Shown piece by piece: positions 1-8,908 of a DNA stretch of 64,000 nucleotides. The stretch is from Planctomycetaceae bacterium (GTDB lineage Bacteria; Planctomycetota; Planctomycetia; Pirellulales; UBA1268), in assembly GCA_011523305.1 (NCBI GenBank), contig WTHB01000147.1, positions 35-64,034 of the forward strand, in the 5' to 3' direction. The first letter of the stretch is position 1, and each line of letters starts with the position of its first letter. Position numbers and translations under genes: made by a program. The notes under the pieces are model-generated. The model did no database searches. It saw only the letters and a list, made by a program, of their open reading frames with translations, and was not told the origin of the DNA.

Positions 1-28
1 GCGGGATACTGCCGAGGAATCAATAACG

Positions 29-925
29 ATGCGTGGTAGCACCCGCCACAGGAACGCGATGCAAGCAGAACCCAGCCTTCTCTGGATCGGTGACAGCGAA
101 CAGGCAGACGAATTACGTCTGACCGTAGCAAGCCTGCAGCCAGTCATCACGACGTCCTGTCTGCCAACCGCCGCCGCTGCGTTCGGTGCTGCGGGGTACC
201 AACTCAAGCCACCGACCGTCATCTGCCTGGCCGAACGGAGGCCAGGGCAATACACCGCTGCCGAGGCGATCGCCCTATCTCGCCAATGGCCCTTGGCCCG
301 GCTAATCGTGGTGGCGACCTGCCTGGCCGACGGCCGCAGACGCAGCGGACCGCCGCTGCCGGGGGTCACCGATGTTTCCTGGCACGACCTCCCGTCGCGG
401 GTCCGCTTCTGGGTAACCGAACTTACGGCCGGCCGTTCCGGCAGCCTGGGCACGCCGCTGACAGCCCGCCGCGATGAACGCTGGCTCGAGACACCACCGC
501 TCGGTTATCCGGCTCAGCCGAGTGATTCCGCAAATTCAGAGGCAGTCGTTCCTCAGCCCCGCGTCAGCGTCACCGCAGCCTCTGATACGGCGGCAGAAGC
601 CGTTGCTGATCTGGTGGCAACCGCCGGTGGCCGAGTCGTTCAGCAGCAGACGGGACGGCCACCACTGATCGATGAAGCCGAACTCATTGTCTGGGATACG
701 GCAGACACCCCCACTCCCCACCTCAATTGGCTCCGCCTGCTGACCAGTCAACGGCCCGAGCGGGCAGTCGTGCTGCTCACCTCGTTCCCGCGAGGCGATG
801 CCGTGGTGGACGCCCTTGAGGCTGGCGCGCTGGCCGTGTTGGGCCGGCCCGTTGACCGTGAGGCCCTCAGCGGCGTGCTCCGCCAGCGGCAAACCGCCCT
901 GTCGGCCACCGCAGGCGTCCGCTAA
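29..925 (+). CDS. CheY-like (receiver-fold) protein, probably two degenerate receiver modules
   Basis: C-terminal part has a receiver pattern (LIVWD..., VVLLTSFP, ALEAGALAVLGRP); start may be ATG at 59; stop overlaps start of next ORF. Confidence 0.55.
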   Translation: MRGSTRHRNAMQAEPSLLWIGDSEQADELRLTVASLQPVITTSCLPTAAAAFGAAGYQLKPPTVICLAERRPGQYTAAEAIALSRQWPLARLIVVATCLADGRRRSGPPLPGVTDVSWHDLPSRVRFWVTELTAGRSGSLGTPLTARRDERWLETPPLGYPAQPSDSANSEAVVPQPRVSVTAASDTAAEAVADLVATAGGRVVQQQTGRPPLIDEAELIVWDTADTPTPHLNWLRLLTSQRPERAVVLLTSFPRGDAVVDALEAGALAVLGRPVDREALSGVLRQRQTALSATAGVR

Positions 926-1884
926 TGTTCGGCCGGTCGGTGTACTCCTCCCACTTCATTAGTCGCACCATGCGCGTTCCTGCCGGTCTCCGGATGCCGT
1001 CGGTCTGTCTGCTGACAACTCTGCTTGCCAGTGCGACTGCCGGCTGCGCCCACACCATGCTTGCTAACGGTCGCCCAACGCTCGACGCGTTTGATGACGT
1101 TTTCTCGGGCAGCAGGCAATTCACCGACGCTGCCGGCCTGCCGCCGCTCTCCATGGCCAACGACCTGCCAAAAAAGACTGAGCGTCGAGTGGGCCAACTG
1201 CGCATTCATGCCGACTTCCTCCTGGCCGGACAGCATCGGCTGATTCGGGAACTCGATACCCTGCGGGTGACGCTCAGCCAGGAACTCGACCTGCCGGTTT
1301 CAGATGAGCCGATTCATCTGTACCTGTTTGCCGACCTGAGCGATTACCAGACGTTTGTGCAGCGGCACTTCCCCGGCTTTCCGGCCCGCCGGGCCTGCTT
1401 CATTGAGACCGACACCACGCTCGCGGTCTTCGCACCGTGGCAGGAGCGAATTGCCGAAGATCTCCGCCACGAGACCACCCATGGCTACCTGCATGCCGTG
1501 GTGCCTGGCATTCCGCTCTGGCTTGATGAGGGCCTGGCTGAGTTCTTCGAACTGCCACAGCCAGCCGACGGCCGACACCAGCCTCATGCCGATCACCTGG
1601 CGGGCCGTCTGCTGGAAGGCACCTGGCAGCCGCGGATTGAACGGCTGGAGGCCCTCGAAGATGCCGCCGCCATGTCGCAGGATCACTATGCGGAGTCCTG
1701 GTGCTGGACACACTGGCTGTTGCGAACGACGCCGGCCCGGCGGCGGTTGCTGGAAACCTACCTCAGCGATCTGCGGCATGACCCGGTCACGCCACCCCTT
1801 TCGGCACGGCTCCGTGACATGGAGGGCCCACCGGCCGTCACCACGGCCGCGGTCCGTGACCATGTTCGCGACTTGGTTGAGTAA
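925..1884 (+). CDS. DUF1570-type zinc metallopeptidase-like putative lipoprotein
   Basis: HETTH (HExxH) followed by PLWLDEGLAEFFE; lipobox-like LLASATAGC; true start probably ATG 970 or 994. Confidence 0.75.
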   Translation: MFGRSVYSSHFISRTMRVPAGLRMPSVCLLTTLLASATAGCAHTMLANGRPTLDAFDDVFSGSRQFTDAAGLPPLSMANDLPKKTERRVGQLRIHADFLLAGQHRLIRELDTLRVTLSQELDLPVSDEPIHLYLFADLSDYQTFVQRHFPGFPARRACFIETDTTLAVFAPWQERIAEDLRHETTHGYLHAVVPGIPLWLDEGLAEFFELPQPADGRHQPHADHLAGRLLEGTWQPRIERLEALEDAAAMSQDHYAESWCWTHWLLRTTPARRRLLETYLSDLRHDPVTPPLSARLRDMEGPPAVTTAAVRDHVRDLVE

Positions 1885-1913
1885 GCCCGCTGCGGCTCAC
1901 TCGGCGGGCTTTT
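1883..1913 (+). terminator. Hairpin between convergent genes, probable intrinsic terminator
   Basis: AAGCCCGCTG-(9 nt)-CGGCGGGCTT followed by TT; overlaps both stop codons. Confidence 0.45.
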
Positions 1914-2850
1914 CGAAGATGGTGCCCCGCTCAACCTGGGTGAAGCCGAGCTTTTCAAGCAGCTTCGCCGCTGGCACGTTGGCATCCGTGGTGTGTCCCT
2001 CCACCAGGGCCACGCCCTCTTCGGCGAGATCATGCATCGCCTCAGCCACCAGGTATTGAGCCAGCCCCTGCCGCCGTCTTGGCCCTTCAATGTCAACATG
2101 CAACAGGCCAGCAGCCACCACGCCCCAACTTTGGGACAGCGGCTGCATATCCCAAAACGTTGCGCTGCCGAGCAGTTCACGTTCCTTGTTCCGCAGTTCA
2201 TACCGCCGCAGGGCCACGCCCGTCGTGGTGGCAGCCTCCCACCAACTCCGGCGTTCGGGCTCATCAATCACGTGCATGACGGTCTTGCGACGAATAGCCA
2301 TGTGCAACCGATTGACCGGCACCCGAAACCCGTCGAGCGAACGCCGCAACACGGTGACCCGTTCACAGTTGCGGTAGCCCGCCCGCAGAAAAACCTGCTG
2401 CATCGCCGGCGTCGAGTCGAGAATGCCCGGCAGGTCCGAGCCGCCGTAGAGCCCCAGGTAAAACCCGCGGAAGTGTCCGTTGCCGCCCCCGATCAGCCGG
2501 GTCGCACCACGTTCCTGCAGATAGGACTCGCTCCGCCGCAACAGCTCGTCGCCAATCGCTTGTTCGGCTGTATGGGGGACTACTACCACCAAGAGTGTCG
2601 AGCCAATGCTGGTATCGATCGCCGATCGATCAGCTGTCGGCCCGAAGCCCGCATGGGAAAAGCCGACCACGCGGCCCTCATCGACCGCCACAATCACACC
2701 CTGGCGATCGAAGTAGGGCTTGGAGAAAACCGCCGCCTCTAAAACCGAGGTCGTCATCGGTTGCACCGCAGACTGTCCCAGCGCAGCAGCCCGCCAGGCG
2801 TCGGCGAGACGCGGCGGATCCTCGTTGCGAAAGCAGCGGTATTCAATCAC
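1897..2850 (-). CDS. Tandem-domain GNAT N-acetyltransferase
   Basis: C-terminal motif A RRRQGLAQYL and NVPAAKLLEKLGF; N-terminal second GNAT-like half. Confidence 0.8.
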   Translation of the reverse strand: MIEYRCFRNEDPPRLADAWRAAALGQSAVQPMTTSVLEAAVFSKPYFDRQGVIVAVDEGRVVGFSHAGFGPTADRSAIDTSIGSTLLVVVVPHTAEQAIGDELLRRSESYLQERGATRLIGGGNGHFRGFYLGLYGGSDLPGILDSTPAMQQVFLRAGYRNCERVTVLRRSLDGFRVPVNRLHMAIRRKTVMHVIDEPERRSWWEAATTTGVALRRYELRNKERELLGSATFWDMQPLSQSWGVVAAGLLHVDIEGPRRRQGLAQYLVAEAMHDLAEEGVALVEGHTTDANVPAAKLLEKLGFTQVERGTIFEKPAE

Positions 2851-3182
2851 ACCTGTGGCTCTCCTGCACCAGTTGCTGCCTGACGAACCAGGACCCGGCC
2901 CGCTTCAACACGAACGTCATACACCTGCTGCCTGACTGTCGCCGAGTAGCGATGCCTCCCCGTGGTCACGTCAAACTGCCAGCCATGCCAGGGGCAGGTC
3001 AGAACTGCTCCGCAGAGCATACCAGTGCCGAGTGGCCCACCCTGGTGAGGACAGAGCCCATCGATGGCATGCAGTTGCCCCTCGACATTGGCCAGTGCCA
3101 CCATCCGCTCACCCGCCACCCGTTCGATGCTGGTGCCGGGCGGACAGTCCTCCACTGCTGCGATATCAATCCACTCGTCCAT
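2847..3182 (-). CDS. Rieske [2Fe-2S] ferredoxin
   Basis: CPHQGGPL...CPWHGWQF Rieske motifs; overlaps GNAT start by 4 nt. Confidence 0.92.
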   Translation of the reverse strand: MDEWIDIAAVEDCPPGTSIERVAGERMVALANVEGQLHAIDGLCPHQGGPLGTGMLCGAVLTCPWHGWQFDVTTGRHRYSATVRQQVYDVRVEAGRVLVRQAATGAGEPQV

Positions 3183-3322
3183 ACCAGCCAGTCAGTAAAA
3201 ATCTTCTCAGTCAGCCACACCGGGCAAGGGAACGCTCTAGTCTGCCATGTTTCCCGAGCGCACCATGCGTTTTGCGCAACCACCACGAGTCCGCCGGTTT
3301 CCACAGGCCCTCCTCGGGGCGT

Positions 3323-4273
3323 TCAGGCGACGGCCCGAGGCGGCTTCTCACCCGGTTTCGGCGGTGTTTTCTCGAAACACCGCCACCGCCGATGCACCCA
3401 CCAATACTGGCCCGGTTGCCGGCGGACCGCCTGCTCAAGCAGCGAGGTGTACCACTGAGAAAGAGCCGCGAGGTTGGCCACCTCGGGCCGATCTTCGCGG
3501 GGATCGACCACGCCTTCAACCCGCACATCGATACTGAACAGCCCTGTCCGCCGGGTCGCTGAAAAGACGATGACTGGTGCTTCTGACGAGAGCGCAAACA
3601 CGCCAATTGCCTTGTGGACACTCGCCGGCCGACCGAAGAAATCAACCCGGCAGCCCTTCCGGCCCGCGGCCTGATCACCAAGCAGGCCAATCGCCCCCTG
3701 TTCCTCGAGCACCGCCGTGACATCCGGGGCGCTGCCCCGCTTGGGCAGGATCGTCTGCCCCCGCGACTCCCGAAAGTCGGTGACAAACCGGTCAAGCAGC
3801 GGATTGTCGAGTTCCCGAGCCACCGAAAAGAGTTTGAAACCGAACACACCGAAGATATAGGCGGCCAATTCGAAATTGCCGTAGTGCCCAGAGAGCACCA
3901 CCTTGGGACGATCCTGCCACATCGTTCGCACGCACTGCTCCATGCCGATAATCCGCAGATGCCGCCGCCAGGTGGTCTTTCGAATCACCCGCGGGGCATG
4001 CGCAATTTCAATCACCATCAAGAGCAGGTGCTCCCACATAGCCCGGCCTGCATCGCGGCACTGCGATTCGGTCCATTCAGGAAAGGCCTGCCGCAGATTG
4101 TCACGGACGACCGTGCGGCGGATCTTCACCCGATTGGCCAGGAAATCACTCCAGGCGTGAGCCTGCCGCTCGAGGAACGGCCGCGGCAACGCCTGCACGA
4201 TGCAGATTGCAACCCGCACTGCGATATAGACAAGGCGATCGGTCAGGGCCGTGACCAGCGTGCGTTTTGCCAT
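3323..4273 (-). CDS. Lipid A biosynthesis acyltransferase (LpxL/HtrB family)
   Basis: SGHYGNFELA, LLGDQ, YWWVHRRW motifs; start set at MAKRTLV (4273). Confidence 0.88.
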   Translation of the reverse strand: MAKRTLVTALTDRLVYIAVRVAICIVQALPRPFLERQAHAWSDFLANRVKIRRTVVRDNLRQAFPEWTESQCRDAGRAMWEHLLLMVIEIAHAPRVIRKTTWRRHLRIIGMEQCVRTMWQDRPKVVLSGHYGNFELAAYIFGVFGFKLFSVARELDNPLLDRFVTDFRESRGQTILPKRGSAPDVTAVLEEQGAIGLLGDQAAGRKGCRVDFFGRPASVHKAIGVFALSSEAPVIVFSATRRTGLFSIDVRVEGVVDPREDRPEVANLAALSQWYTSLLEQAVRRQPGQYWWVHRRWRCFEKTPPKPGEKPPRAVA

Positions 4274-4323
4274 CGGGGTGTCTCTCTCCGCCTTGGAAGT
4301 GCCGCCGTGCGGCAAGCCGGCAT

Positions 4324-5202
4324 TTATGGTGTCGAATTCGCCGACACTTTCACCAGATCGGTTTTTTCGTCGACATCGTTCAGCCGCCCCCCCGGGGTGG
4401 ATGGTGGCGGGAGCAGCAACAGGGCGACGCTGACGGCATTGAAGAGCGCATGGACGACAATACCCGGCAGAATCGTGCCCCGCCGCCGAGCCAGGTAGCC
4501 CGTCGCCAGCCCAAACCCAATCAGCGGAATCCAGCCCAGCCCGTGGCCAAGGTGCGCCAGCCCAAAGCAAACGGCCGAGACAACGATGGCCTGCTCCCCA
4601 AGCCGAGTTTCGAGCCAGCCCTGCAGCACCCGGCGGAAGAAAAACTCCTCAGCAATCGGCGCCGCCACGACGGCTGTCAGCACCACAAGCCCAACCGCCG
4701 GCAGGCTGCGGTCGGCCCGCAAGAAATCGACCACCGGATGGCTGTAGGAGACAACAAAGCGATCGAGGAACGCCGCCACCGCCAGCAGCGGCGGCACGAT
4801 AATCACCCAGGTGCCGACAGCCAACCGCAGGCCCGCCGCCGGCTGCGGATCACGAAACCCGAGGCTGCCGGCAGGGGCACCACGGAGCCGCAACACGACC
4901 ATGCCGAGCAGGGTAAAGACAAGCATCGCCACGGCACTGGCCGCCAGCCCGGCATTGGTCACGACCGGCGTGGCCCCAGCCGTGGTTGGCGTCACCAGAC
5001 TCACCAGTACCCCAACGCCTACCTGGCAGGCCATGAACAGGACAAACAGGGCCGCGACATCGAGCCCGTCCCAAGGGACAGGGTTCGCAGGTAGTGCCGG
5101 AACAAGCGGCTCACCCCGGCGGAGCCGACCGACCAGCCGGCTGATGCCCACCCCACTGGCCAGGCAGGCCACCACCGCAATCGGCCCCAGCAGTGCCGTC
5201 AT
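4324..5202 (-). CDS. CPBP (CAAX/Abi) family intramembrane metalloprotease
   Basis: PIAEEFFFRR, FGLAH, HALFN motifs; several TM segments; ATG at 5202 overlaps pgsA stop (ATGA). Confidence 0.88.
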   Translation of the reverse strand: MTALLGPIAVVACLASGVGISRLVGRLRRGEPLVPALPANPVPWDGLDVAALFVLFMACQVGVGVLVSLVTPTTAGATPVVTNAGLAASAVAMLVFTLLGMVVLRLRGAPAGSLGFRDPQPAAGLRLAVGTWVIIVPPLLAVAAFLDRFVVSYSHPVVDFLRADRSLPAVGLVVLTAVVAAPIAEEFFFRRVLQGWLETRLGEQAIVVSAVCFGLAHLGHGLGWIPLIGFGLATGYLARRRGTILPGIVVHALFNAVSVALLLLPPPSTPGGRLNDVDEKTDLVKVSANSTP

Positions 5203-5792
5203 GTATCGACCCTCAACAGCGGCCGAGCAGCGACAATATAGTCCACGCCGGACGAGATCGTGGTGACCACTGCTAGCCAGGCAACTCCGACGGCGGCTAG
5301 ATGGATGGTGACCCCAGACACTGCCAGCTCCGGCCAGGTGCGACTGCCCAATTCCAGGGCGATGGCAACACACTGAAACACCATCTTGAGTTTTCCCATC
5401 AAGCCAGCAGAGAAGTCGCGACCAGCCCGTTCCATTTCAGCCCGAATGGCAGTCACCACCAGTTCGCGGACCACGATCACCACCGCCATCCAGGGCAGCA
5501 ACGCCGACCCCGTTCGATCGGCCAACAGCACGAAGGTGCCACAGACAATCACCTTGTCGACCAATGGATCAAAAATCCGGCCCAGCCGACTCACTTGACC
5601 GTACCGGCGGGCATACCAGCCATCGACCCAATCGGTGGCCGCCGCCACCACAAAAAGAATGAGTGCGGCCAACGGCAGTTCGCCCCCAACGCCCTCAATC
5701 ACGGCGAACAGGATGATCGCCAGCACCAGCCGGGCCAGCGAGATGACGTTCGGGACCGTCCAGATACGATCGAGTGCGGCTGGCTGTGTCAT
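5199..5792 (-). CDS. pgsA: CDP-diacylglycerol--glycerol-3-phosphate 3-phosphatidyltransferase
   Basis: VPNVISLARL, TDWVDGWYARRYGQVSRLGRIFDPLVDK CDP-alcohol phosphotransferase signature; start MTQPAA (5792). Confidence 0.92.
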   Translation of the reverse strand: MTQPAALDRIWTVPNVISLARLVLAIILFAVIEGVGGELPLAALILFVVAAATDWVDGWYARRYGQVSRLGRIFDPLVDKVIVCGTFVLLADRTGSALLPWMAVVIVVRELVVTAIRAEMERAGRDFSAGLMGKLKMVFQCVAIALELGSRTWPELAVSGVTIHLAAVGVAWLAVVTTISSGVDYIVAARPLLRVDT

Positions 5793-5970
5793 CAGCAGTG
5801 GCCCCTGAGGGGAATCCGAACAGAAAGATTCACGCAGGAACAACCATACCGCAGTCGGCATCTGACTGGCTATCCGGCTCCACAGACAGGCTCCCGGTGA
5901 CGGCGACCGGTCGAGGCTGCCCGACGCTCCAGGCGTCGTCACTGAGAACCGACAGCGCCAGCCACCTGGC

Positions 5971-8661
5971 TCAGGCTGCAGGCAGGTCGGCCACGATGAT
6001 CGCGCCCCAGACAAGGGGGTCGGTCTCGCTCTGATAGAAAAGTTCAGCTGGCGCATCGGCCGCAATCTCCCAGACGATCGTGCCAGCCTCCGCACCTCCG
6101 CCGCTGACGCCGATGGTGTAGGCAGCCGCGGCGTCATAGCCGCCGGAGGTCGTCTGCAAATGCAACGGCTGCCCGGGGGCATCGACTGCAAAGGTGAAGG
6201 TGGTGCCTCGGTAGACCGTCAGTGTCGGGTTGAGGCTTCCGAGAATGGCGTAGTCACCAGACTCCACCGTCACTGCAACGGCATGGTGACTACCCCGACC
6301 GAGACGATCGAGCGCACCTGAACTGGGCCCCGACAGCGAGTCAAAACTGAGCGCCCGCAGCGAGTGAAACAGGCTGGTGATCGCCCATGTTTCATCCGCA
6401 AGGACGCGGGCCTCACTGCCTCGCCTGACCCGCAGATAGTTTCCCTGGGCTGTTGCTTCCGCACCCACGGCCTGCCAGCCGGCAAGGCTCACCTCTGCGT
6501 GCTCACCATTCAAACGCACAGGTGTCATCTCCACATAGAGCCGACCAGCGGCATCCTTGGCCAGCGGCGACTCACCCTGGTCAGGCAGCACCTGCAACAC
6601 CGTCACCGCAAAGGCCTCGGTGGCAACGCTGTTGTCCTCTGGTGTGGTGAGATCACCATCGAGCCCTCCGCTGGTCAGGGTGACTGAAATCACAGCCGTG
6701 CCCGGCTGCGTGGCACCGGGCGTGAAGGTCAGGCTGCCCGTCTCACCCGATGCGGTGTAACTCACCGCCGGCGTGGGCACCACTGCTGTGTCGCTACTGA
6801 CGGCGGTCACTTGAACAGCCTGCACTCCGCCGCCCACGGGCGGACTTCCGGCCAGAATGCCCGTCAGCGCGACCACCTGTTCCGTCCCGTCCCCGAGCAC
6901 CAGCAGGTCAGCGATCGGGTCAACCGCAGGTGGTTCGTAGGTTTCCGAGATGACCAGCCGCAGCGTTTCATCCGGAAATTCCTGGAAATACCCTGGGGTT
7001 CGCGACTCGCGGGCGGTCACCTCGAGCCACTCCTCCCCCTCGACCCGGTCGTCACCGACAATCGTGATGTCGACGTAGGCAGTAACTTGGTCAACTGCAA
7101 AGACCACCTGCGCTGGGTACGGATCGCTGAGCAGGACATCCTGGTACCAAGCGGGACTTTCTGACTGATAGCCCCAGTACAAGTCAGTCGCGAACTCCCA
7201 GTCGAGAAAGACCGTCGCCTCGCTTCCGACAAAGCCGTCATACCGGGTGAGGGCAAGCCGCTTGACCACGGTGCCCGTCTGCGGCTCAGCCACCACGTTC
7301 CCATCTTCAAAAGCCATCCGCAGCGACGGGGTCTTCCAGGTCTGTTCGGTATCGAACGGCCCCATGTCGAGCACCAGTTGGCCCTCGGCCGGCGCTGCCG
7401 TCGCCCCAGTTTCTGCCCCATGAATATGAATGGCTGCCTGCTCATCAAGCCAGGTAAACCCAGGGTCACCATCGGCATCGACTACCTGCACGTAGGACAT
7501 CACCGTTGTGTTGGTATCGATGTCGGCGTTCACGTCGCCGTCGTCTGGTTCATGCGAGTGCTCAAATCCGATCGCATGGCCGAGTTCGTGGTAGGCAACC
7601 GACTTCCAGCCCGCCTCGTCTGAATCTCCAAAGCGAATCGAATGGCTTGTGGCACTCAGGGCCAAGTCCAGTCGGGCTTCGGACGTCCGTTCGACCCGGC
7701 CGTCGTCCCAGATGGTGGCGGAGGGCCCGATGTAAACGCCCGCTGACCCAGACGAGGTCGACTGGGTCGACAGTTGATAGATCGTCAGTTGCGAGAGGCT
7801 GCTGCTGGCTGGCACGACTGCAAACTCAGGTTCGATAATCGCATCCACGTCAGCCAGCACCTCAAGCCACCACTGCTCCAACGTCGGCGTAATCGAGGAG
7901 TCAAAGGAGACGTAGATCACCCCACCGTCGCTGTGGAGAAAGCCAGCCCTGAGTTGGGTCTCGGTGAGGGCTGACCCTTCGGCCACAATCACATCCCGCA
8001 TGCTCACCAGACTGGCGATCGTGTCAGTCGCGCCGCTCACAACGGTTTCGGTGCTGCCCTGCCCATCGGTGTGGGCCGCTGCAACCGTGACTGCCGTGCC
8101 GACCTCTGCCGCTGTCAGGGCGTAGGTCTCGCTGGTTGCAGACTCAATCGGTACGCCGCCAGCAAACCACTGCCAGTTGACGCCCCCGAAGCCGTCAAGG
8201 TCGACCAGCGTGTGTGATGCTGTCAGCGTCGCCCCCTCGATCGGCACGCCAGTGATGCCCACACTGCCGACGGGGGCAGCGTTGCGAACCTCAATCGTAA
8301 ACGCCATCTCCACCGCCGCGCCAGCGGCGTCAGTCGACTGCACGCGAATCTGGCGACTCCCCTGACCCTCATGATCAAAGGAAACCGCTGTCTGCAACTG
8401 GCTGCCTTCGAGGACGAAAGCCGCGTTATCGGCATCGCCCTCTCCTGCCACGAGCGCGTAGCTGAATACATCACCCGCATCGGGATCGACGGTACTGAAC
8501 TCGCCCACCACCGTGCCGGCGGGCTCGTGTTCGCTGACGAACGCAGCCGACAGAACAACGTCCGTCGGCGCTGCATTGAAGGCGAGCCGCGGTTCCAACT
8601 GCTCAAGCCAAAGCGAGCGGGAAGACCGAACCGTTCGTCGAGAGCGTGGGCCACGCATCAT
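5971..8661 (-). CDS. Large surface protein: planctomycete export leader, cadherin-like/Ig repeats, metzincin (M10-like) protease domain, C-terminal cupredoxin-like domain
   Basis: LEQLEPRL leader; cadherin-like DPDAGDVFSY/DHE/STD; HELGHAIGFEH (7558-7590) plus Met-turn TVMSY; NPTLTVYRGTTFTF C-terminal module. Confidence 0.8.
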   Translation of the reverse strand: MMRGPRSRRTVRSSRSLWLEQLEPRLAFNAAPTDVVLSAAFVSEHEPAGTVVGEFSTVDPDAGDVFSYALVAGEGDADNAAFVLEGSQLQTAVSFDHEGQGSRQIRVQSTDAAGAAVEMAFTIEVRNAAPVGSVGITGVPIEGATLTASHTLVDLDGFGGVNWQWFAGGVPIESATSETYALTAAEVGTAVTVAAAHTDGQGSTETVVSGATDTIASLVSMRDVIVAEGSALTETQLRAGFLHSDGGVIYVSFDSSITPTLEQWWLEVLADVDAIIEPEFAVVPASSSLSQLTIYQLSTQSTSSGSAGVYIGPSATIWDDGRVERTSEARLDLALSATSHSIRFGDSDEAGWKSVAYHELGHAIGFEHSHEPDDGDVNADIDTNTTVMSYVQVVDADGDPGFTWLDEQAAIHIHGAETGATAAPAEGQLVLDMGPFDTEQTWKTPSLRMAFEDGNVVAEPQTGTVVKRLALTRYDGFVGSEATVFLDWEFATDLYWGYQSESPAWYQDVLLSDPYPAQVVFAVDQVTAYVDITIVGDDRVEGEEWLEVTARESRTPGYFQEFPDETLRLVISETYEPPAVDPIADLLVLGDGTEQVVALTGILAGSPPVGGGVQAVQVTAVSSDTAVVPTPAVSYTASGETGSLTFTPGATQPGTAVISVTLTSGGLDGDLTTPEDNSVATEAFAVTVLQVLPDQGESPLAKDAAGRLYVEMTPVRLNGEHAEVSLAGWQAVGAEATAQGNYLRVRRGSEARVLADETWAITSLFHSLRALSFDSLSGPSSGALDRLGRGSHHAVAVTVESGDYAILGSLNPTLTVYRGTTFTFAVDAPGQPLHLQTTSGGYDAAAAYTIGVSGGGAEAGTIVWEIAADAPAELFYQSETDPLVWGAIIVADLPAA

Positions 8662-8908
8662 TCCATTCCTTGCGGCAGAACGCCTCATCCGTCAGGCGAC
8701 CGGCGTGCCCACACAGCAGCGTCGCTTGCTGCGTCCACGGCCTCCTGACAACAGTGAATCTCCTGAAAGCCTTTCAAATTGCTCTCGTTTGGTCAACAAA
8801 CGAATACTGGCTTCTGAAAGTGACCGGAAAAAAGCCCAGTCGAATCGATCTCCCTCAGACAGTTGGTCCGTTCACCCGTTACCTTGCCTTGTTGCGATGA
8901 AAGGCCGG

